DNA of 32,179 bases, from NCBI GenBank assembly GCA_009103225.1, contig RHPI01001618.1, positions 1 through 32,179 on the forward strand. Direction: 5' to 3'. The stretch's first letter is position 1, and each line of letters begins with the position of its first letter. Below are positions 31,701-32,179 of this stretch, one piece after another. Made by a program: the position numbers and the translations under genes. This DNA comes from Chlorokybus atmophyticus (lineage: Eukaryota > Plantae > Mesostigma and Chlorokybus algae). The notes under the pieces are model-generated. The model searched no databases and was not told the origin of the DNA. It saw only the letters and a program-made list of their open reading frames with translations.

Positions 31701-32179
31701 GTTGGCGCAACAATTGAGGGGGGTAATCGCCCCGCTGCTGCCTCCTTTGGTCGAAGACATGCCTGAGGATCAACGCGATGCAGGGCGAGGGTACCTCACC
31801 TCGCAAGGGGACACCACACAACGAGGAGGAGCTGGTATGGTGGGGGAGCAACAACTCCGTATCGCACTCATCCGGCAAGCAGTCATGTTGCACAGGCCTG
31901 AGGGCAACACATTAAGACAGATGATGGGGATGCAAGACGGCAGCGCCGCGCGAGCTCGTCTCGTGACATGGCTCGTTGCCAATCACCCTGCTGTCCCCCT
32001 GTTTGCCTTTGGCAGCCGGGCATCATGGTTGGGGGCATTCGTTCGTTCGCTGCGACAAGCATACGACGAGGCTGCCACCACAGCCCCGGACACGCTGGAG
32101 GGAGTGCAGGAGGCAATGCTTCGGCTGCCAGGGGTGGAAGCCGCACGGCAACGGCGACGCATTGCCATTGCTCATGAGC
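28708..32179 (+). CDS. Very long Gag-like polyprotein of an LTR retrotransposon, at least 1157 aa, 3'-incomplete. Not in the supplied ORF track.
   Basis: I read every codon from ATG 28708 to the window end and found no stop. Capsid-like segments: FSG...LDEFIIKF...YLDYEAHDVW and LKDLYAALRRTFPP...EELRRFRRKPNED. Zinc knuckle CHRCGRHGHYQKEC (CX2CX4HX4C, 29992-30033) plus a second degenerate knuckle. Confidence 0.88.
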   Translation, partial: MSRPTPFSPIDEGDLSSWSPTTNLTYERTSDGSIDRSSRGSRSISGFTPLHSTPRHQASPLSSDSDDNEMESSSSTTSLRFSGRAGTTSLDEFIIKFHSKMRQQALKNKDWSDEISFHIAAQYLDYEAHDVWKSVAELHRVDGYGELASTIASASLHRPTGVVPPATSVAVTGLSIAAALKQAEEEEPELVLVNLTPAEVESKEATHRVRILDRSAVIIEGQRAAQQATAAEWGTPLPPATPGSRAGGSTFTLGSVALRAPAISVGAAISDSPLKDLYAALRRTFPPQTTSKVEELRRFRRKPNEDPLRLYSKLEGLLKDTDYRIVTEEAAAVIYVNELDAALSESTRLTLNYSRPLGYTLKEAFETAQAIHKRAVYEKAVLDTNRSASRPMAGTSAEPLRRDRSRESQGIHYKDKRSAHAALVAPVLCHRCGRHGHYQKECTEDYGNLVCDHCHKTGHLETVYWLKFPELLPPIGYNNSNNAGGYRGRNNHNNNGGYNNSNHAGGHNNSNNAGGRNNGNNAGGHNPNNNSNADARKEEAGYRGKNRPPQHKGLEKRPRAGAAAVKAPTNPPASDQVAALMARVAQLEENKEQDYQACYAARWALMAPKRDRDIPTPSRVQPSRRARREAGASSTAASSDATSGAASAATTTAGTTPSTTPSASTPTTTAGVNTLGTTLFPVTESTHAAATMVVGFVSGESTTSASIGATTSTVPAATLTSATSVTTTAAGATTIASSIAAMPTAPFPESRTAPPPALDVTQQVPRGPQAERAWASILRNVEPTTIAYGPGGQRTTRVARDDRILPLPPPEYHTLPELTQQQLEDEILAGTAPEMRDRLFGVTYRRPAVLELAIQLFLALHAQLQDAPSQSRQPMPAQRIDFEPSPLDPLGLRRQKHQDLVVTMADIALGADPALRGLTPGSRQERFSALEQAHRYRMDQAAQVDARRQAYEAAHAVIVPTVAPGHAASASTAPTTAHATALAIEQAGHATVADQARALAQQLRGVIAPLLPPLVEDMPEDQRDAGRGYLTSQGDTTQRGGAGMVGEQQLRIALIRQAVMLHRPEGNTLRQMMGMQDGSAARARLVTWLVANHPAVPLFAFGSRASWLGAFVRSLRQAYDEAATTAPDTLEGVQEAMLRLPGVEAARQRRRIAIAHE
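30136..30303 (+). repeat. Degenerate ~27-nt tandem repeat encoding (Y/H/R)NNSNNAGG
   Basis: Translates to YNNSNNAGGYRGRNNHNNNGGYNNSNHAGGHNNSNNAGGRNNGNNAGGHNPNNNSN. Confidence 0.85.

Noticed and set aside
31969-31987. GTGACA-TGGCTCGTTGCC resembling an LTR end plus tRNA-Asp primer-binding site
   Set aside because: It lies inside the uninterrupted Gag frame (LVTWLVA) and needs an indel to match the tRNA end.
1-32179. CRISPR arrays, tRNA/rRNA genes, or a prokaryotic restriction-modification reading of the methyltransferase
   Set aside because: No regularly spaced repeats or RNA-gene signatures were seen. The MTase is inside a retrotransposon pol in an intron-containing eukaryotic locus with no adjacent nuclease.

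Overview
Eukaryotic genomic DNA, probably a green-lineage alga. This is an inference from plant-type eIF1 and UTP20 sequences and short GT-AG introns. Two convergent housekeeping genes (eIF1/SUI1, 3 exons, + strand; UTP20, multi-exon, - strand) sit between two transposon clusters. On the left (1-6901) is a Ty3/Gypsy retrotransposon whose pol carries a DNMT3-like C5 cytosine methyltransferase domain between protease and RT, and a PHD finger at the integrase C-terminus. Two further partial copies of the same family flank it. On the right (23531-32179) are a 1.19 kb TIR DNA-transposon derivative 240 bp upstream of the UTP20 ATG, a decayed minus-strand chromovirus, and a plus-strand LTR element that interrupts it. 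That element's Gag-like ORF (at least 1157 codons, open to the window end) is missing from the supplied ORF track. Two single Ns (503, 7107) probably mark assembly joins. The most notable system is the DNMT + PHD Gypsy. DNMT-carrying retrotransposons have been described before, so novelty would lie in lineage, motif variants and the writer+reader pairing. All motif calls were made by eye; no database searches were run.
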